Shown piece by piece: positions 1-11,734 of a stretch of DNA of 64,000 nucleotides. This DNA comes from Limnothrix sp. BL-A-16 (GTDB taxonomy: Bacteria; Cyanobacteriota; Cyanobacteriia; CACIAM-69d), in the NCBI GenBank assembly GCA_041937175.2, contig CP166615.1, forward strand, positions 1,856,001 to 1,920,000. Reading direction: 5' to 3'. Every line of letters starts with the position of its first letter. Positions within the stretch are counted from its first letter, which is position 1. A model generated the notes under the pieces. The model did no database searches and was not told the origin of the DNA. It saw nothing but the letters and a program-made list of their open reading frames with translations. Position numbers and translations under genes: made by a program.

Positions 1-2
1 TC

Positions 3-890
3 CGAGAAGCAGGAGCCGCCCCGGATGGTGGCTTGGGTAACTCTTGGGTGGTGATTATTCGCTTTTCGGCCGATGCAGCCGATCGCTATGCGGAGCTGAC
101 CAAAAAACTGGCGGGTACGGGCCGCGGCTTGGGTATTTTTCTCGATCGGGACTTGTTAACCGCGCCCGTGGTGGGGCCGGAATATGCCCAATTGGGAATT
201 ACGGGCGGCAGCACCGAAATTCGCGGTAACTTCACCGCTGACTCTTCCCAAGAATTGGTGATTCAACTGAAGGGTGGAGCCTTGCCCCTGCCCGTGAAAC
301 TGGTGGAAACCCGCACCGTAGGTGCAACCCTGGGTCGCGACAGTGTGGAAAGCAGCATTGCGGCCGGTGTGGGTGGCTTGGTGTTAGTGCTGATTTTTAT
401 GGCTATCTACTATCGCCTGCCCGGTGTGGTGGCGGACTTGGCCTTGATGATCTACGCCCTGTTGAACTTTGCGGTATTTGCTTTGGTGCCCGTCACCCTC
501 TCGTTACCAGGGATTGCGGGTTTCATTCTCAGCATCGGGATGGCGGTGGATGCCAATGTGCTGATCTTTGAGCGGACGCGCGAGGAATTGCAAGCGGGCA
601 AGAGTCTTTATCGATCGGTTGAATCGGGTTTCTATCGGGCGTTTTCCAGCATTTTGGATGGTAACGTCACCACCCTGATTGCCTGTGTGGTGCTGTTTTG
701 GTTGGGCACAGGCCTGGTGAAGGGGTTTGCCCTCACCCTGGCAATCGGGGTGTTGTTGAGCATGTTCACCGCCCTCACCTGTAGCCGTACCCTATTGTTT
801 GTGGCTCTCAGTGTTCCCTCCCTGCGCCGTCCTGAGTGGTATTGCCCCGGTTTAAAGGCCAATCTGAAAACGGCTGGCTCGGGCAACTAG
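3..890 (+). CDS. secD: Protein translocase subunit SecD, 5'-truncated by the window edge
   Basis: Motifs GALPLP...[42 protein letters not shown]; directly upstream of secF; frame open to the window start. Confidence 0.97.
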   Translation, partial: REAGAAPDGGLGNSWVVIIRFSADAADRYAELTKKLAGTGRGLGIFLDRDLLTAPVVGPEYAQLGITGGSTEIRGNFTADSSQELVIQLKGGALPLPVKLVETRTVGATLGRDSVESSIAAGVGGLVLVLIFMAIYYRLPGVVADLALMIYALLNFAVFALVPVTLSLPGIAGFILSIGMAVDANVLIFERTREELQAGKSLYRSVESGFYRAFSSILDGNVTTLIACVVLFWLGTGLVKGFALTLAIGVLLSMFTALTCSRTLLFVALSVPSLRRPEWYCPGLKANLKTAGSGN

Positions 891-938
891 CACCCCCCTT
901 CGCCCCATTCCACCTGCTCTCCTGAATCAGCAAGCGCG

Positions 939-1934
939 ATGAACCTGAAGATTATTGAAAAAAGTCGGTTGTGGTGGTCGCTGTCTCTGGCTCTGACCGT
1001 TGCCGGGGCGATCGCCGTGATTGGTTGCATGGTCACCTTTGGCACGCCCCTGAAGTTGGGACTGGACTTTGTGGGGGGAACTCGCCTGCAACTGCAATTG
1101 GACTGCCCAGCCACCGGGGCCCAACCCCAATGCCAAAAACCTGTAGAGCTGGCCGATGTGCGGGCCGTTTTGAATGCACAGGACTTGAGCGGAGCGGCTG
1201 TCCAGTTGTTGGATGTGGACTCCAAGGCCCAAGACCGACACATCATCGCCATTCGATCGCAGGACTTATCAGCCGAAAAGCGCAGCGCCTTGGTGACCGC
1301 CCTAGAAGCCAAATTGGGCAAGTTTGATGCCAAGGGAACGCTGATTGATACGGTGGGGCCCGTGCTGGGGCAGCAGGTGCTGAACTCCGGGGTGATGGCC
1401 GTGTTGCTGTCCCTGTTGGGTATTGTGATCTATCTGCGATTTCGCTTCCAGTGGGACTACGCTATTTTTGCGGTGGTGGCCCTGATTCACGACGTACTGA
1501 TTACGGTCGGGGCATTTGCGGCCATGGGCTGGTTTGGCGGCACGGAAATTGACACGCTGTTTATTGTGGCCCTGCTGACGATCATCGGCTTTTCCGTGAA
1601 TGACACCGTGGTGATTTACGATCGGGTGCGGGAAAACATTGCCCAAAATCCCACCGCCCCGATCGATACAGTAGTGAACGAGGCGGTGAATCAAACCCTG
1701 ACCCGATCGCTCAACACCACCGCCAGCACCTTGCTTTCGGTTGTGGCAATTTTCCTGTTTGGGGGTTCCACCCTGCGGGACTTTTCGCTAGCCCTGATCA
1801 TTGGGTTCATCTCTGGGGCCTACTCCAGTATTTTCATCGCCAGTACCCTCCTGGCCTGGTGGCGATCGCGCCCGGGCTATGTGCCTCCCAAACCCGCTAC
1901 GGAAACCGAAACCAAGCTCCAAGACTCTATTTAG
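939..1934 (+). CDS. secF: Protein translocase subunit SecF
   Basis: LGLDFVGGT, ALIHDV, IIGFSVNDTVVIYDRVREN, TLTRSLNT, GAYSSIFIAS motifs. Confidence 0.97.
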   Translation: MNLKIIEKSRLWWSLSLALTVAGAIAVIGCMVTFGTPLKLGLDFVGGTRLQLQLDCPATGAQPQCQKPVELADVRAVLNAQDLSGAAVQLLDVDSKAQDRHIIAIRSQDLSAEKRSALVTALEAKLGKFDAKGTLIDTVGPVLGQQVLNSGVMAVLLSLLGIVIYLRFRFQWDYAIFAVVALIHDVLITVGAFAAMGWFGGTEIDTLFIVALLTIIGFSVNDTVVIYDRVRENIAQNPTAPIDTVVNEAVNQTLTRSLNTTASTLLSVVAIFLFGGSTLRDFSLALIIGFISGAYSSIFIASTLLAWWRSRPGYVPPKPATETETKLQDSI

Positions 1935-2017
1935 CCATCCCCTTCTTTGCTGAATCGGTTGGCTGAGCTGGTTTACCGAACAGGTCTACTGAACAGGTTT
2001 GCTGGGTTCATACAACT

Positions 2018-2395
2018 TTGCCGTTGCTGAGCGTCTTGATGCAAGTTTCTTGCTCGACCCCAAAGACCTCCCCATCGGTCGTTTGTCTCTTTTTCTTCGC
2101 CCCTTGCCCAAGCGTGCCTGCTCCTTCTTCCTCTCGCTTGCCCAGTCGATCGCGCTGGTTGCTGCTCGTCCTCTGTTGGGGCACGATCGGCCTAGCTAGT
2201 CTCTGGGCAATGCGCGAAGAGTTTGACCTTTGGCGCACCTATTTCACCTGGGCAGCGGTGCGCTATGCCATTTTTTTCAACCGCTGGCCGGTTTTTGGCC
2301 TGTCCCTTTGCCTAGGGCTAACGGTCACCACACTGATCGATTACGGCCGCCATTATTTCTGTGGTCAGCAGCCCGATCGCCCGCGTAAACCCTAA
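2018..2395 (+). CDS. Conserved cyanobacterial small membrane protein (start uncertain)
   Basis: C-terminal half RWLL..CWGTIG..SLW..R.EF.LW..YFTWAAVRY with two hydrophobic segments; N-terminal part is low complexity. Confidence 0.6.
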   Translation: MPLLSVLMQVSCSTPKTSPSVVCLFFFAPCPSVPAPSSSRLPSRSRWLLLVLCWGTIGLASLWAMREEFDLWRTYFTWAAVRYAIFFNRWPVFGLSLCLGLTVTTLIDYGRHYFCGQQPDRPRKP

Positions 2396-2603
2396 ATGGG
2401 TCACAGGTGTAAGCACTTTTACGCCCCCCAGACCTAGGCATTTTCAAAACCGCGATCGCAAGTTGACTGTCGAGGAAAGTTGATAATAATAAAGAGTGAA
2501 TTGCAGTGAGCGATCGCTCCTCTTGCTAATCGGGTTTAAGCAATTAGGCCAACGGCTCGATCGCCCCAATGGTTACTGATGCCGTTTACCAAGGAACTAC
2601 GCC

Positions 2604-2891
2604 ATGTCCGTTGAAATCATAGAAAAGAAGTCAGCCGCCACCATCCGTAAGCCAGCACCTCGCTACAAAGTGTTGCTGCATAACGATGACTTTAATTCCA
2701 TGGAATACGTGGTGGAAACGCTGTTACAAACCGTTAGCAGCCTCACCCAACCCCAAGCAGTCAATATTATGATGGAAGCCCATTTTAACGGCTTGGCTTT
2801 GGTGATTACCTGTGCCCAGGAACATGCGGAATTTTATTGCGAAACCCTCAAAAACAAAGGGCTAACCAGCACGATCGAGCCAGACGAATAG
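2604..2891 (+). CDS. clpS: ATP-dependent Clp protease adaptor ClpS
   Basis: RYKVLLHNDDFNSMEYVV...MMEAH..G.ALVITC..EHAEFY; AAGGA upstream. Confidence 0.97.
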   Translation: MSVEIIEKKSAATIRKPAPRYKVLLHNDDFNSMEYVVETLLQTVSSLTQPQAVNIMMEAHFNGLALVITCAQEHAEFYCETLKNKGLTSTIEPDE

Positions 2892-2912
2892 GAACCAATT
2901 CATCAGTTGTTT

Positions 2913-3250
2913 TGAGCGATTCTAAGGAACCAAAGACAAGGGGCTTAAGCCCCTTGCTCCCACCACTAATGGTGCTTTGCCACGAATGGTACTTTGCCAG
3001 TACCCCAAGTTTCTGAGCGATTCTACGAACGCTAAAGACAAGGGGCTTAAGCCCCTTGCCCCCACCACTAATGGTGCTTGGGAAGTACCCCAAGTTAAGT
3101 GCCCCAAGTTACTGCTCAGAGGATGTCTGAAAAGCCAGAATTGCTACTCTGTCCGCTCCAGTGATCGACGTAGACAAGGGGCTTAAGCCCCTTGCTCCCA
3201 CCATTAATGGTGCTTGGGAAGTGCCCCAAGTTACTGCTCAGACATCTTCT
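2913..3250. repeat. Cluster of three degenerate units, each with the palindrome CAAGGGGCTTAAGCCCCTTG (2937, 3039, 3175)
   Basis: AGACAAGGGGCTTAAGCCCCTTGC(T/C)CCCACCA(C/T)TAATGGTGCTT occurs three times between the convergent clpS and sasA genes. Confidence 0.9.
3118..3250. mobile_element. MITE-like element, family B (ends AGAGGATGTCTGA...TCAGACATCTTCT), carrying the palindrome
   Basis: 13-bp terminal inverted repeat with 1 mismatch; related ends at 36975-36992 and 52190-52206. Confidence 0.6.
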
Positions 3251-3283
3251 CGATCAGTTAGTGTCAGTTAGTGGTTGGTTGCC

Positions 3284-4480
3284 CTATAGAGCAGACGGCT
3301 TGTACCCCAGCTTTTGGTAAACCGGTAGGGTGAAATGGAAACAACTCCCGCCGCCCGGCCGCTCATCAACCCAAATTTGTCCATAGTGGGCCCGAATCGC
3401 TCGCTGACAGGCGGCTAGCCCAATGCCATATCCTTCTGAGCGTTGATCCCGTTGCAGTCGGAATCGCTCCTTAAAGATGGAGCTACGTTGGCTGTCGGGA
3501 ATGCCGGGGCCGCTGTCACAAATGCTGACCTGCACATTTTGGGTGGTGCGGTGCAAAGCGGCCACATGGATTGTGCCCCCGTCCGGTGTATATTTCACGG
3601 CATTGTCCAGCAGGTTGGAAATCACTTGCCGAATCCGATCGGGGTCGGCATAAACCACCGGCAAATCCTGGGGAATATCCGTTTCCAAGGTCTGGTGCTT
3701 CAGGTGAATTCGGCTGCTGAAGGTGTCGATCACCGCGTAACAAAGAGCCTTCAGGTCAACGGCTTGAGGTTGCAAATCGGCCTCTTGCCCCTCCCCTTGG
3801 GACACTTCCAACAGGTTGGCAATCAAGCGATCGATCGCCCGAATTTGCGATCGCGCCTGCATCAACAGTCGCTCCCGCAGACTGTCGGTCATCTGGGCCG
3901 CCTGAATGGTGTTGGGTCGATAGCTGGCCTCCAGGGTCTCGATCGCCATCGAAGCCGCCGCCAAAGGGTTTCGCAAATCGTGGGCCACAATCTCGATCGC
4001 CCGATCCTTAAACCGCAACAGTTCCCTTAATTCCGCCTTTTCCCGCCCTAACCGAAATACCTCATCGGACAGACGAATCACCTCCGCCGCCGTTGCCAAC
4101 GACGAGGGCGAACCATCCGCCGGCATCATTTCCATCGGCTGGTTGTTCTCTGGCGAGTCCAAGCTGTCGTGAATTGCCTCCTGCCACCGCTCCCACCAAG
4201 CGTCCAATTGCTGGGCCAAGTCCATCCCCGTCAGGGTTTGGCGAGGGTGGGGATGCACCTTCACCAGCGCGGGCGTGGCAATCAGCCGGAAATGTTCAGC
4301 CACGTAGGGCTGCTCGGCCACGTCCACAATGTCGAAGGCAAAGGGGTAACGGGCTTTTAAGGCCTGTAATCGACCCTGAATTAGGCTTGCTTGCTCCCAG
4401 GAACTGGAGCGGTGATCCACAAACAGAAGCAGTTGCAAGGGCGCGCGTGAGGCAGGGAAAGGATCGGGCGAAACCGACAT
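3284..4480 (-). CDS. sasA: Circadian output histidine kinase SasA (KaiB-like sensor + HisKA + HATPase)
   Basis: N-terminal KaiB-like LQLLLFVD...EQPYVAEHFRLIATPALVK; H-box AHDLRNPL; NLLDNAVKYT, DSGPGI, GYGIGL. Confidence 0.92.
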   Translation of the reverse strand: MSVSPDPFPASRAPLQLLLFVDHRSSSWEQASLIQGRLQALKARYPFAFDIVDVAEQPYVAEHFRLIATPALVKVHPHPRQTLTGMDLAQQLDAWWERWQEAIHDSLDSPENNQPMEMMPADGSPSSLATAAEVIRLSDEVFRLGREKAELRELLRFKDRAIEIVAHDLRNPLAAASMAIETLEASYRPNTIQAAQMTDSLRERLLMQARSQIRAIDRLIANLLEVSQGEGQEADLQPQAVDLKALCYAVIDTFSSRIHLKHQTLETDIPQDLPVVYADPDRIRQVISNLLDNAVKYTPDGGTIHVAALHRTTQNVQVSICDSGPGIPDSQRSSIFKERFRLQRDQRSEGYGIGLAACQRAIRAHYGQIWVDERPGGGSCFHFTLPVYQKLGYKPSAL

Positions 4481-4856
4481 AAGCGATGAACCATAAGATC
4501 AATAAGTTATGGATCGAGGCGGGCCTGCACCGTGACCATCCACCCGCATTCCAACCAAAAAGGCGCAAACTCTTTACAATCAACATCCAGTAAAGAACAC
4601 CAAGCAAAATCAAGTCGCAAGCCAGTTGCAATCAAACTACACGCAAAGGCCCGTCACGGGCAGTGGGGGATGATGGAGCTGGCAGTGGTTGCCTCTGTCG
4701 ATATCAATACCGTAGAAATGCCGTCGCTGGATCAAGGGTGGGGTTGGAAATGGGGCCGCAGGCTAAAAGTCGCCAGTCGGTTGAGTTCAGGCTAAGTTGA
4801 GCTTGAATGGGTGTTGATTTCTCCAGCCTATCGCTTTTTTCAGCGGGAGCTGCCAA

Positions 4857-5495
4857 TTACGGTAAATCGGGAGGGGTGGAAGCGGCAATTCGATCGAGCG
4901 CCGAGCGGGCCGCCTTCGTCACGATCCCGGTTACAACTAGGGTGGCGATCAAACCCAAAACAAAGAGCAACCACTCGATCGGGCTTTTGGCTCGCTCTCC
5001 ATACCCCGCAAACAGACTGGCCAAGTCCCGAAAAGAGGCCCCGATATAGACATAGGCAACCGTTCCCGGCAACATCCCGATCGAAGCCAACAGGTAGTCT
5101 CGGATCGAAACCTTCGTTAGCCCCAACATATAGTTCAAGGCATTAAAGGGAAACAGCGGCGACAAGCGCATCAGCAACACAATCTTGAGGCCATCTTCTG
5201 CAATAGCGCGATCGATCGCCTGAAATTGTCGATTTCCAGCAATCCAGCGCTGTTCCACCCAATCCCGAATGCCATAGCGCCCCACCAGGAAAGCCGCCAG
5301 CGACCCCAGCGTGGCCGCCCAGAAAACAATCACCGATCCCCAGCCAACCCCAAACAGCACCCCGGCCCCTAAGGTCAACAGCGATCCGGGAACCAGCGCC
5401 ACCGTGGCAACCACATACACAACCATGAAAGCGACACCGCTCCAGGGCCCCAGATGCATAATTTCCGATAAAACCCACTCCAAGAACGCCTGCAC
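4857..5495 (-). CDS. TVP38/TMEM64 (DedA/SNARE-associated) membrane protein
   Basis: PGSLLTLGAGVLFG, LMRLSPLFPFNALNY.LGLT, GMLPGT..YVYIG. Confidence 0.9.
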   Translation of the reverse strand: MQAFLEWVLSEIMHLGPWSGVAFMVVYVVATVALVPGSLLTLGAGVLFGVGWGSVIVFWAATLGSLAAFLVGRYGIRDWVEQRWIAGNRQFQAIDRAIAEDGLKIVLLMRLSPLFPFNALNYMLGLTKVSIRDYLLASIGMLPGTVAYVYIGASFRDLASLFAGYGERAKSPIEWLLFVLGLIATLVVTGIVTKAARSALDRIAASTPPDLP

Positions 5496-5895
5496 GCTAA
5501 CCAGCCTCCCTCAGCCCCAAATTGGTGAATTTCAAGGAATCCCTCGTTTTAGCCCCTCAAGGCTCTCCGTTTATAACAATCCGCATCTATAAATCTGCTT
5601 CTGCCAACTATCAAGCCATCGAAAATTTCTGGAAAATCTTACTTGAAATTTAGCTTGATCTTTGCTCGATCGCTACTCGATAAATACTGAATCTATATTT
5701 CCTTCCCCATGGACAGTTGAATAGCCTCAATCGAGATTTTTCCCGATGAAGACTCCGACGATGGCAGTAAAATGGTTCAATATTACTATTGCCACAAAAC
5801 TGCTGAAGCAAAAGCTGCAACTAGAACGGTAACCAAATCCCACTAACCTTTAATTTGACTTTAGAGTCTTTTCAGAATCACTTCGTGAATGTCCT

Positions 5896-6174
5896 ATGGA
5901 TCGGCCGTCCCACACTCCAATTCCGCTGCCTTCACACATTCACTATGAACTACTTCTTCAGTTGCTGGAACGAGAAACCAGTGGCATTCTCAAACGAGGC
6001 ACCGAGGAACACCGGCAGCTCCAAGAATTGGTGGCCACCCTGCGCCGGGCACTCGCCGTTCAAAAACAGTTGGAAGCCAGTTGCCAAAATAAACAGCTCC
6101 CGATCGAATATCACTGGTCGTTGAATCTTCCGGCCGTTGGCCCTCTGAGCAACGCTGCCAAAGGCGAAGAATAA
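5896..6174 (+). CDS. Conserved cyanobacterial protein, DUF5340-like
   Basis: PIPLPSHIHYELLLQLLER...LRRALAVQKQLE..C......EYHWSLN. Confidence 0.75.
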   Translation: MDRPSHTPIPLPSHIHYELLLQLLERETSGILKRGTEEHRQLQELVATLRRALAVQKQLEASCQNKQLPIEYHWSLNLPAVGPLSNAAKGEE

Positions 6175-7163
6175 TCCAGAATCAACCATCAATCAGGAAT
6201 GATCGATTGAGCACAATCATCAATCAATTTCACTGATCAATCATTGATCAATTTCTCATTTTGTATTGATCATCTTTAATGATTGGCGGTTTGACTATAA
6301 CTACCAAATTAGTAATCTTAAATAACTCAAGAAATTTTGATAATCTTTGAATAATCCCAAATTCAACTCATTATTGATTCTTTTACTCCATTTGAATATT
6401 TTCTTAAAAAGATCATCACAATTAATCAACAAAATAATTCAGTTACTAACTTTAGTTCATTAAGAATTTTCAAACCTCAAATTTATTTAATTAAAAAATC
6501 TCTATTTGATTCAAAAATCCAAGGCTAGTGAATTAATTTAAATTCGTTAAATTAGCCAAAATAGATCAACATGAATTAATCAAGATTAATTGATCACCGA
6601 AATCTCTGGCTTTTACTCAATTTTTCGCCAGCTCAATTGGTCTTTCATGCGGTACTCAGTCCCCAATCCTCCAAAGAAGGATGCTACAGGACACAGGCGA
6701 TCACCCGAAGTGTTTGGAATAGCTCGTTTTGTGACCAATGTCGATCGCCCATCAGCGATCGCTAATTCTTAAGGATTGACCCAAGGCAGTCCCTAAGAAT
6801 TGACCCCACTTTAGAGAGGCTTGTGCCAGTTAGCAGCAGATTGATTTTGGTTTTGTCTATATTTTTATCTGAATCCTAATTGCAAAAGATTCTCGTTTCT
6901 AACGATGCCTAAGCCTATAAAAACCCCTCCCAACTAAAGATCCAGCCCATCAAAAACTCAAGACAAATCTGCCCGATCAGCCGATCGCTTACCGTTCCAA
7001 ATTTGCAACAAACTGAAATAATTAACAGGATTATTTTTATCGAATTGTGTCAGATCCTAGAATTGCAGATCAGCGCCAATCGGCGATCTGGTAAAAGTGC
7101 CTAGAGAGCAAGCGTTTTCGAGTTTCCATCCTCATCCAACCCAGCCGCAGGAGAGAGTACCGG

Positions 7164-10100
7164 ATGTTCACCTACGTCAAGCCCGCCGTGCGCCACGTCC
7201 AACCCGAAGATCTTCGGGGGCGGTCTTTAGTCAAGGTGGTCTACGTCGTTCTGGAAGCGCAGTACCAGAGCGCCTTGACGGCAGCAGTCAAGTCGATTAA
7301 TGCCAACAATCCGAATGTGGCCGTGGAAATCAGCGGCTATTTGATTGAGGAACTGCGTAGCCCCGAAAATTACGAAGCCTTTTGTGATGATGTGGCCAGA
7401 GCCAACATCTTCATTGCTTCGCTGATCTTTATTGAAGACCTGGCCGAAAAGGTGGTGGCCGCCGTGCAGCCCCACCGCGATCGCCTTGATGCGGCGGTGG
7501 TGTTCCCCTCCATGCCCCCGGTGATGCGGCTGAACAAGCTCGGCACCTTCTCGATGGCGCAATTGGGCCAGTCCAAGAGCGTGATCGGCGAATTCATGAA
7601 GAAGCGCAAACAGCAAAACGGCAGCGGCTTTGAAGACGCAATGCTGAAGCTGTTGCGGACGCTGCCCAACGTGCTGAAATTCTTGCCCGTCGAGAAGGCC
7701 CAGGATGCCCGCAGCTTCATGCTCAGTTTCCAATATTGGCTGGGTGGCTCGCCGGAGAACCTGGAAAACTTCCTGCTGATGCTGGCCGATAAATATGTCT
7801 TCAAAACAGACAAGTCGGGCCGCGATCAGTCACGCGAAAAAATTGATTTGGACTACGCCGAGCCGGTGACCTATCCCGACATGGGAATTTGGCATCCGCT
7901 GGCTCCCAAAATGTTTGAGGATACGAACGAGTATTTGGCTTGGTATCGCAGCTCGCAGGTAGTGCCCGATGCGGTGCGGGATCCCGATGCACCCTGCGTG
8001 GGCTTGGTGTTGCAACGGACGCACTTGGTAACGGGCGACGACGCGCACTATGTGGGCATGGTGCAAGAGTTTGAAGCCCAGGGCGCGAAGGTGATCCCGG
8101 TGTTTGCAGGGGGCTTGGACTTCTCGAAGCCGGTGGATGAATATTTCTATTTGCCGAGCAAAAACGGCGGTGAACCGACCACGATCGTGGATGCGGTGGT
8201 GTCCCTGACCGGGTTTGCCCTGGTGGGCGGCCCGGCGCGGCAGGATCACCCGAAGGCGATCGAGTCCTTGAAGCGCCTGAACCGGCCCTACATGGTGGCG
8301 CTGCCGTTGGTGTTCCAAACCACCGAGGAGTGGGAAGAAAGCGAGCTGGGCTTGCACCCGATCCAAGTGGCGCTGCAAATCGCGATTCCTGAGTTGGATG
8401 GGGCGATCGAGCCGATCATCGTCTCCGGTCGTGACGGCAACACCGGTAAGGCGATCGCCCTGCAAGACCGAATCCAGGCGATCGCTGAGCGCGCCCTCAA
8501 GTGGGCCAACCTGCGCCGCAAACCGAAGCTGCACAAGAAGGTGGCGATCACCGTCTTCAGCTTCCCGCCAGACAAGGGCAATGTGGGTACGGCGGCCTAT
8601 CTGGACGTGTTCGGCTCGATCCACGAGGTGCTACAAGGGCTGAAGCGCGAAGGCTACGACGTGCAAGACGTGCCCGAATCGCCCAAGGAGCTGATGGAAG
8701 CCGTCCTGAAGGATGCCCAAGCCCAATACGCCAGCCCCGAGCTGAACGTGGCTTACCGGATGAGCGTGGCGGAATACGAAAAGCTGACCCCTTATTCCAA
8801 GAAGCTGGAAGAAAACTGGGGCAAGCCGCCGGGCAACCTGAACAGCGATGGCCAAAACCTGCTGGTGTTCGGGAAGCATTTCGGCAATGTGTTCATCGGC
8901 GTGCAGCCCACCTTCGGTTACGAGGGCGACCCGATGTTGCTGCTGTTCTCGCGATCGGCTAGCCCCCACCACGGTTTCGCCGCCTACTACACCTATCTGG
9001 AAAAGGTCTGGGGCGCGGATGCAGTGCTGCACTTCGGGACGCACGGATCGCTGGAGTTCATGCCCGGTAAGCAAATCGGCATGTCCAACGACTGCTATCC
9101 CGACAGCCTGATCGGCTCGATCCCCAACCTCTACTACTACGCCGCCAACAACCCCAGCGAAGCGACGATCGCCAAGCGCCGGGGCTATGCGGAAACCATT
9201 TCCTACCTGACCCCGCCCGCCGAAAATGCCGGTCTCTATAAGGGTCTGAAGGAACTGAGCGATCTGATTGGTTCCTACCAAACCCTGAAGGATACGGGTC
9301 GCGGCCCCTCGATCGTCGATGCGATCATTGAGCAAGCCCGCGCTGTCAACCTGGATAAGGATGTGGAGCTGCCGGAAACGGCCGGTAAGGATCTCAGTTC
9401 CGAGCAACGGGATACGGTGGTGGGTTCCGTTTACCGCAAGCTGATGGAAATCGAGTCGCGCTTGCTGCCCTGCGGTTTGCATGTCATTGGCAAGCCACCG
9501 ACAGCCGAAGAAGCGGTGGCGACCCTAGTGAACATCGCCGCCCTCGATCGCCCCGAAGATGGGATCATCGCCCTGCCCCGGATCATCGCCAACAGCATCT
9601 ATCGCGACATCGAAGAAATCTATCGCAACAGCGATAAGGGTGTGCTGGCCGATGTGGAGCTGTTGCAGCAAATCACCCTGGCCACCCGCACAGCGGTGAA
9701 GGCGATGGTTGATGCCCAAATCGACACCGATGGTCGCCTCTCGAAACTGGCGAAGTTCAACTTCTTCGGCTTCGGAACCCAGAAACAACCTTGGGTTGAT
9801 GCCCTGAGCGAGGCTGGGTTTAACAATGTCGATCGCGACTCCCTGAAACCCCTGTTCGAGTACCTGGAATTCTGCCTGCAGCAAATCGTAGCCGACAACG
9901 AAATGGCCTCCCTGCTGCGGGCCCTCGAAGGCGAATATATCCTGCCCGGCCCCGGTGGCGACCCGGTGCGAAACCCGGATGTGCTGCCCACCGGAAAGAA
10001 CATGCACGCCCTTGATCCCCAGTCGATTCCGACCACGGCGGCGGTGCAGTCGGCCAAGGTGGTGGTCGATCGGCTACTCGATCGGCAACGGGCCGAAAAC

Positions 10101-11180
10101 GACGGCGCATACCCCGAGACGATCGCCTGCGTCCTCTGGGGAACTGACAACATCAAGACCTACGGCGAATCCCTGGCGCAGATCCTCTGGCTGGTGGGCG
10201 TGAAACCCGTGCCCGATGCCCTGGGTCGTGTCAACAAGCTGGAACTCGTCTCCCTTGAGGAACTGGGTCGCCCCCGGATCGACACGGTGATCACCTGCTC
10301 CGGCGTGTTCCGGGATCTGTTCGTGAACCAAATGGCCCTGCTCGATCGGGCCGTCAAGATGGCCGCCGAAGCCGACGAGCCGTTGGAAATGAACTTTGTC
10401 CGTAAGCACGCCATGGCCCAAGCGGAAGAGCTAGGCATCAACCTGCGCCAAGCCGCTACCCGCGTGTTCACCAACTCCTCCGGCTCCTACTCCACCAACG
10501 TTGGTCTAGCGGTGGAAAACGGCACCTGGGAACAGGAAAAAGACCTGCAAGACATGTACCTGTCGCGCAAGTCCTTCGCCTTCTCCGCCGATAACCCCGG
10601 CGAAATGGAGCAGTCCCGCGAGCTGCTGGAGCGCGCCCTCAAGACCGTGGACGTGACCTTCCAAAACCTGGATTCGTCGGAAATCTCCATGACCGACGTG
10701 TCGCACTACTACGACTCCGACCCGACCAAGGTGGTGGCCAGCCTGCGTGGTGACGGCAAAAAGCCCGCCGCCTACATGGCCGACACCAGCACCGCCAATG
10801 CCCAAGTGCGTACCCTGTCGGAAACCGTCCGCCTGGATGCCCGCACCAAGATGTTGAATCCCAAGTGGTACGAAGGGATGCTCTCCCACGGCTACGAAGG
10901 GGTGCGCGAGCTGGCCAAGCGCCTGAACAACACCCTGGGCTGGAGTGCCACGGCGGATGCGGTGGACAACTGGGTTTACGAAGACACAAACGACACCTTC
11001 ATCGCCGATCCCGAAATGTGCAAGCGGCTGATGGATCTGAATCCTCACTCCTTCCGCCGAATGCTGGGCACGCTGCTGGAAGCCAACGGCCGCGGCTACT
11101 GGGATACGAGCGATGAAAACCTCGATCGCCTGCGGGATCTCTACCAAGAAGTGGAAGACCGCATCGAAGGCATCGAGTAA
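7164..11180 (+). CDS. chlH: Magnesium chelatase subunit H
   Basis: 1338 aa; MFTYVK start, [55 protein letters not shown] end. Confidence 0.98.
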   Translation: MFTYVKPAVRHVQPEDLRGRSLVKVVYVVLEAQYQSALTAAVKSINANNPNVAVEISGYLIEELRSPENYEAFCDDVARANIFIASLIFIEDLAEKVVAAVQPHRDRLDAAVVFPSMPPVMRLNKLGTFSMAQLGQSKSVIGEFMKKRKQQNGSGFEDAMLKLLRTLPNVLKFLPVEKAQDARSFMLSFQYWLGGSPENLENFLLMLADKYVFKTDKSGRDQSREKIDLDYAEPVTYPDMGIWHPLAPKMFEDTNEYLAWYRSSQVVPDAVRDPDAPCVGLVLQRTHLVTGDDAHYVGMVQEFEAQGAKVIPVFAGGLDFSKPVDEYFYLPSKNGGEPTTIVDAVVSLTGFALVGGPARQDHPKAIESLKRLNRPYMVALPLVFQTTEEWEESELGLHPIQVALQIAIPELDGAIEPIIVSGRDGNTGKAIALQDRIQAIAERALKWANLRRKPKLHKKVAITVFSFPPDKGNVGTAAYLDVFGSIHEVLQGLKREGYDVQDVPESPKELMEAVLKDAQAQYASPELNVAYRMSVAEYEKLTPYSKKLEENWGKPPGNLNSDGQNLLVFGKHFGNVFIGVQPTFGYEGDPMLLLFSRSASPHHGFAAYYTYLEKVWGADAVLHFGTHGSLEFMPGKQIGMSNDCYPDSLIGSIPNLYYYAANNPSEATIAKRRGYAETISYLTPPAENAGLYKGLKELSDLIGSYQTLKDTGRGPSIVDAIIEQARAVNLDKDVELPETAGKDLSSEQRDTVVGSVYRKLMEIESRLLPCGLHVIGKPPTAEEAVATLVNIAALDRPEDGIIALPRIIANSIYRDIEEIYRNSDKGVLADVELLQQITLATRTAVKAMVDAQIDTDGRLSKLAKFNFFGFGTQKQPWVDALSEAGFNNVDRDSLKPLFEYLEFCLQQIVADNEMASLLRALEGEYILPGPGGDPVRNPDVLPTGKNMHALDPQSIPTTAAVQSAKVVVDRLLDRQRAENDGAYPETIACVLWGTDNIKTYGESLAQILWLVGVKPVPDALGRVNKLELVSLEELGRPRIDTVITCSGVFRDLFVNQMALLDRAVKMAAEADEPLEMNFVRKHAMAQAEELGINLRQAATRVFTNSSGSYSTNVGLAVENGTWEQEKDLQDMYLSRKSFAFSADNPGEMEQSRELLERALKTVDVTFQNLDSSEISMTDVSHYYDSDPTKVVASLRGDGKKPAAYMADTSTANAQVRTLSETVRLDARTKMLNPKWYEGMLSHGYEGVRELAKRLNNTLGWSATADAVDNWVYEDTNDTFIADPEMCKRLMDLNPHSFRRMLGTLLEANGRGYWDTSDENLDRLRDLYQEVEDRIEGIE

Positions 11181-11224
11181 GCGCCGTAGACTCTATTGTG
11201 AGTTTCGGCTAGACTAAACTTCGG

Positions 11225-11254
11225 GGGTAGACAGGCTGCTGTCTACCCTTTGTT
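11225..11254 (+). terminator. Rho-independent terminator after chlH
   Basis: GGGTAGACAG-gctg-CTGTCTACCC followed by TTTGTT. Confidence 0.75.
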
Positions 11255-11269
11255 GTATGCGATAAGCTG

Positions 11270-11713
11270 ATGATTGAAGACTATGCCAGCGCCTTTCTGG
11301 AACGCGCTCAAGACCAGGCTGTGCTCGCCCAAGCCGATCGCCGAATTGCGGCTATGCATATGGGCGGTATCATGATTGAATGCCGCCTCAAAGCAGCGAT
11401 TCTCGGGCACTTCTCTGAAGATCGAAGAGATTGGGAACGGTCTAAAAATCCCAATGCTCAACATTGTGGCATTCGCAATCCGGGACATGACTTACATCAG
11501 GCACTGAATGAACTGGACAAGCTTGGAGTTGTAAAAGCATCTGATGATATTCAAGGTGCTTTAGATACTATTCAGAATCCTTTACCTGAATACTCATTTA
11601 TTAATCTTCGTTACTACGGTGGTTCCTTAGAAGCATCAGATTATGAAGACTGGGAAACCAAATATCAGGTTTTCAAAACTTGGTTGGATCAGCAATTGTT
11701 GTCATCTTCCTAA
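11270..11713 (+). CDS. HEPN-like helical protein (putative RNase toxin), copy 1
   Basis: Pattern A..(H/Y)..G..IECRLKA ... GHDL ... LRY typical of HEPN domains; 21 bp upstream of the large ATPase gene. Confidence 0.65.
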   Translation: MIEDYASAFLERAQDQAVLAQADRRIAAMHMGGIMIECRLKAAILGHFSEDRRDWERSKNPNAQHCGIRNPGHDLHQALNELDKLGVVKASDDIQGALDTIQNPLPEYSFINLRYYGGSLEASDYEDWETKYQVFKTWLDQQLLSSS

Positions 11714-11734
11714 TTCATCATCTTAATAATTCGT

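Noticed and set aside
2934..3215. Possible mini CRISPR array (three ~44-bp palindromic repeats)
   Set aside because: Spacers are unequal and share sequence, the same palindrome is dispersed across the window, and no cas genes or leader are present.
6180..6620. Replication origin
   Set aside because: AT-rich, but no DnaA-box cluster and no dnaA/dnaN nearby.
7227..11147. Long antisense ORFs inside chlH (also inside purL, the porin and the CHAT gene)
   Set aside because: Expected shadows of high-GC3 coding sequence; no motifs.
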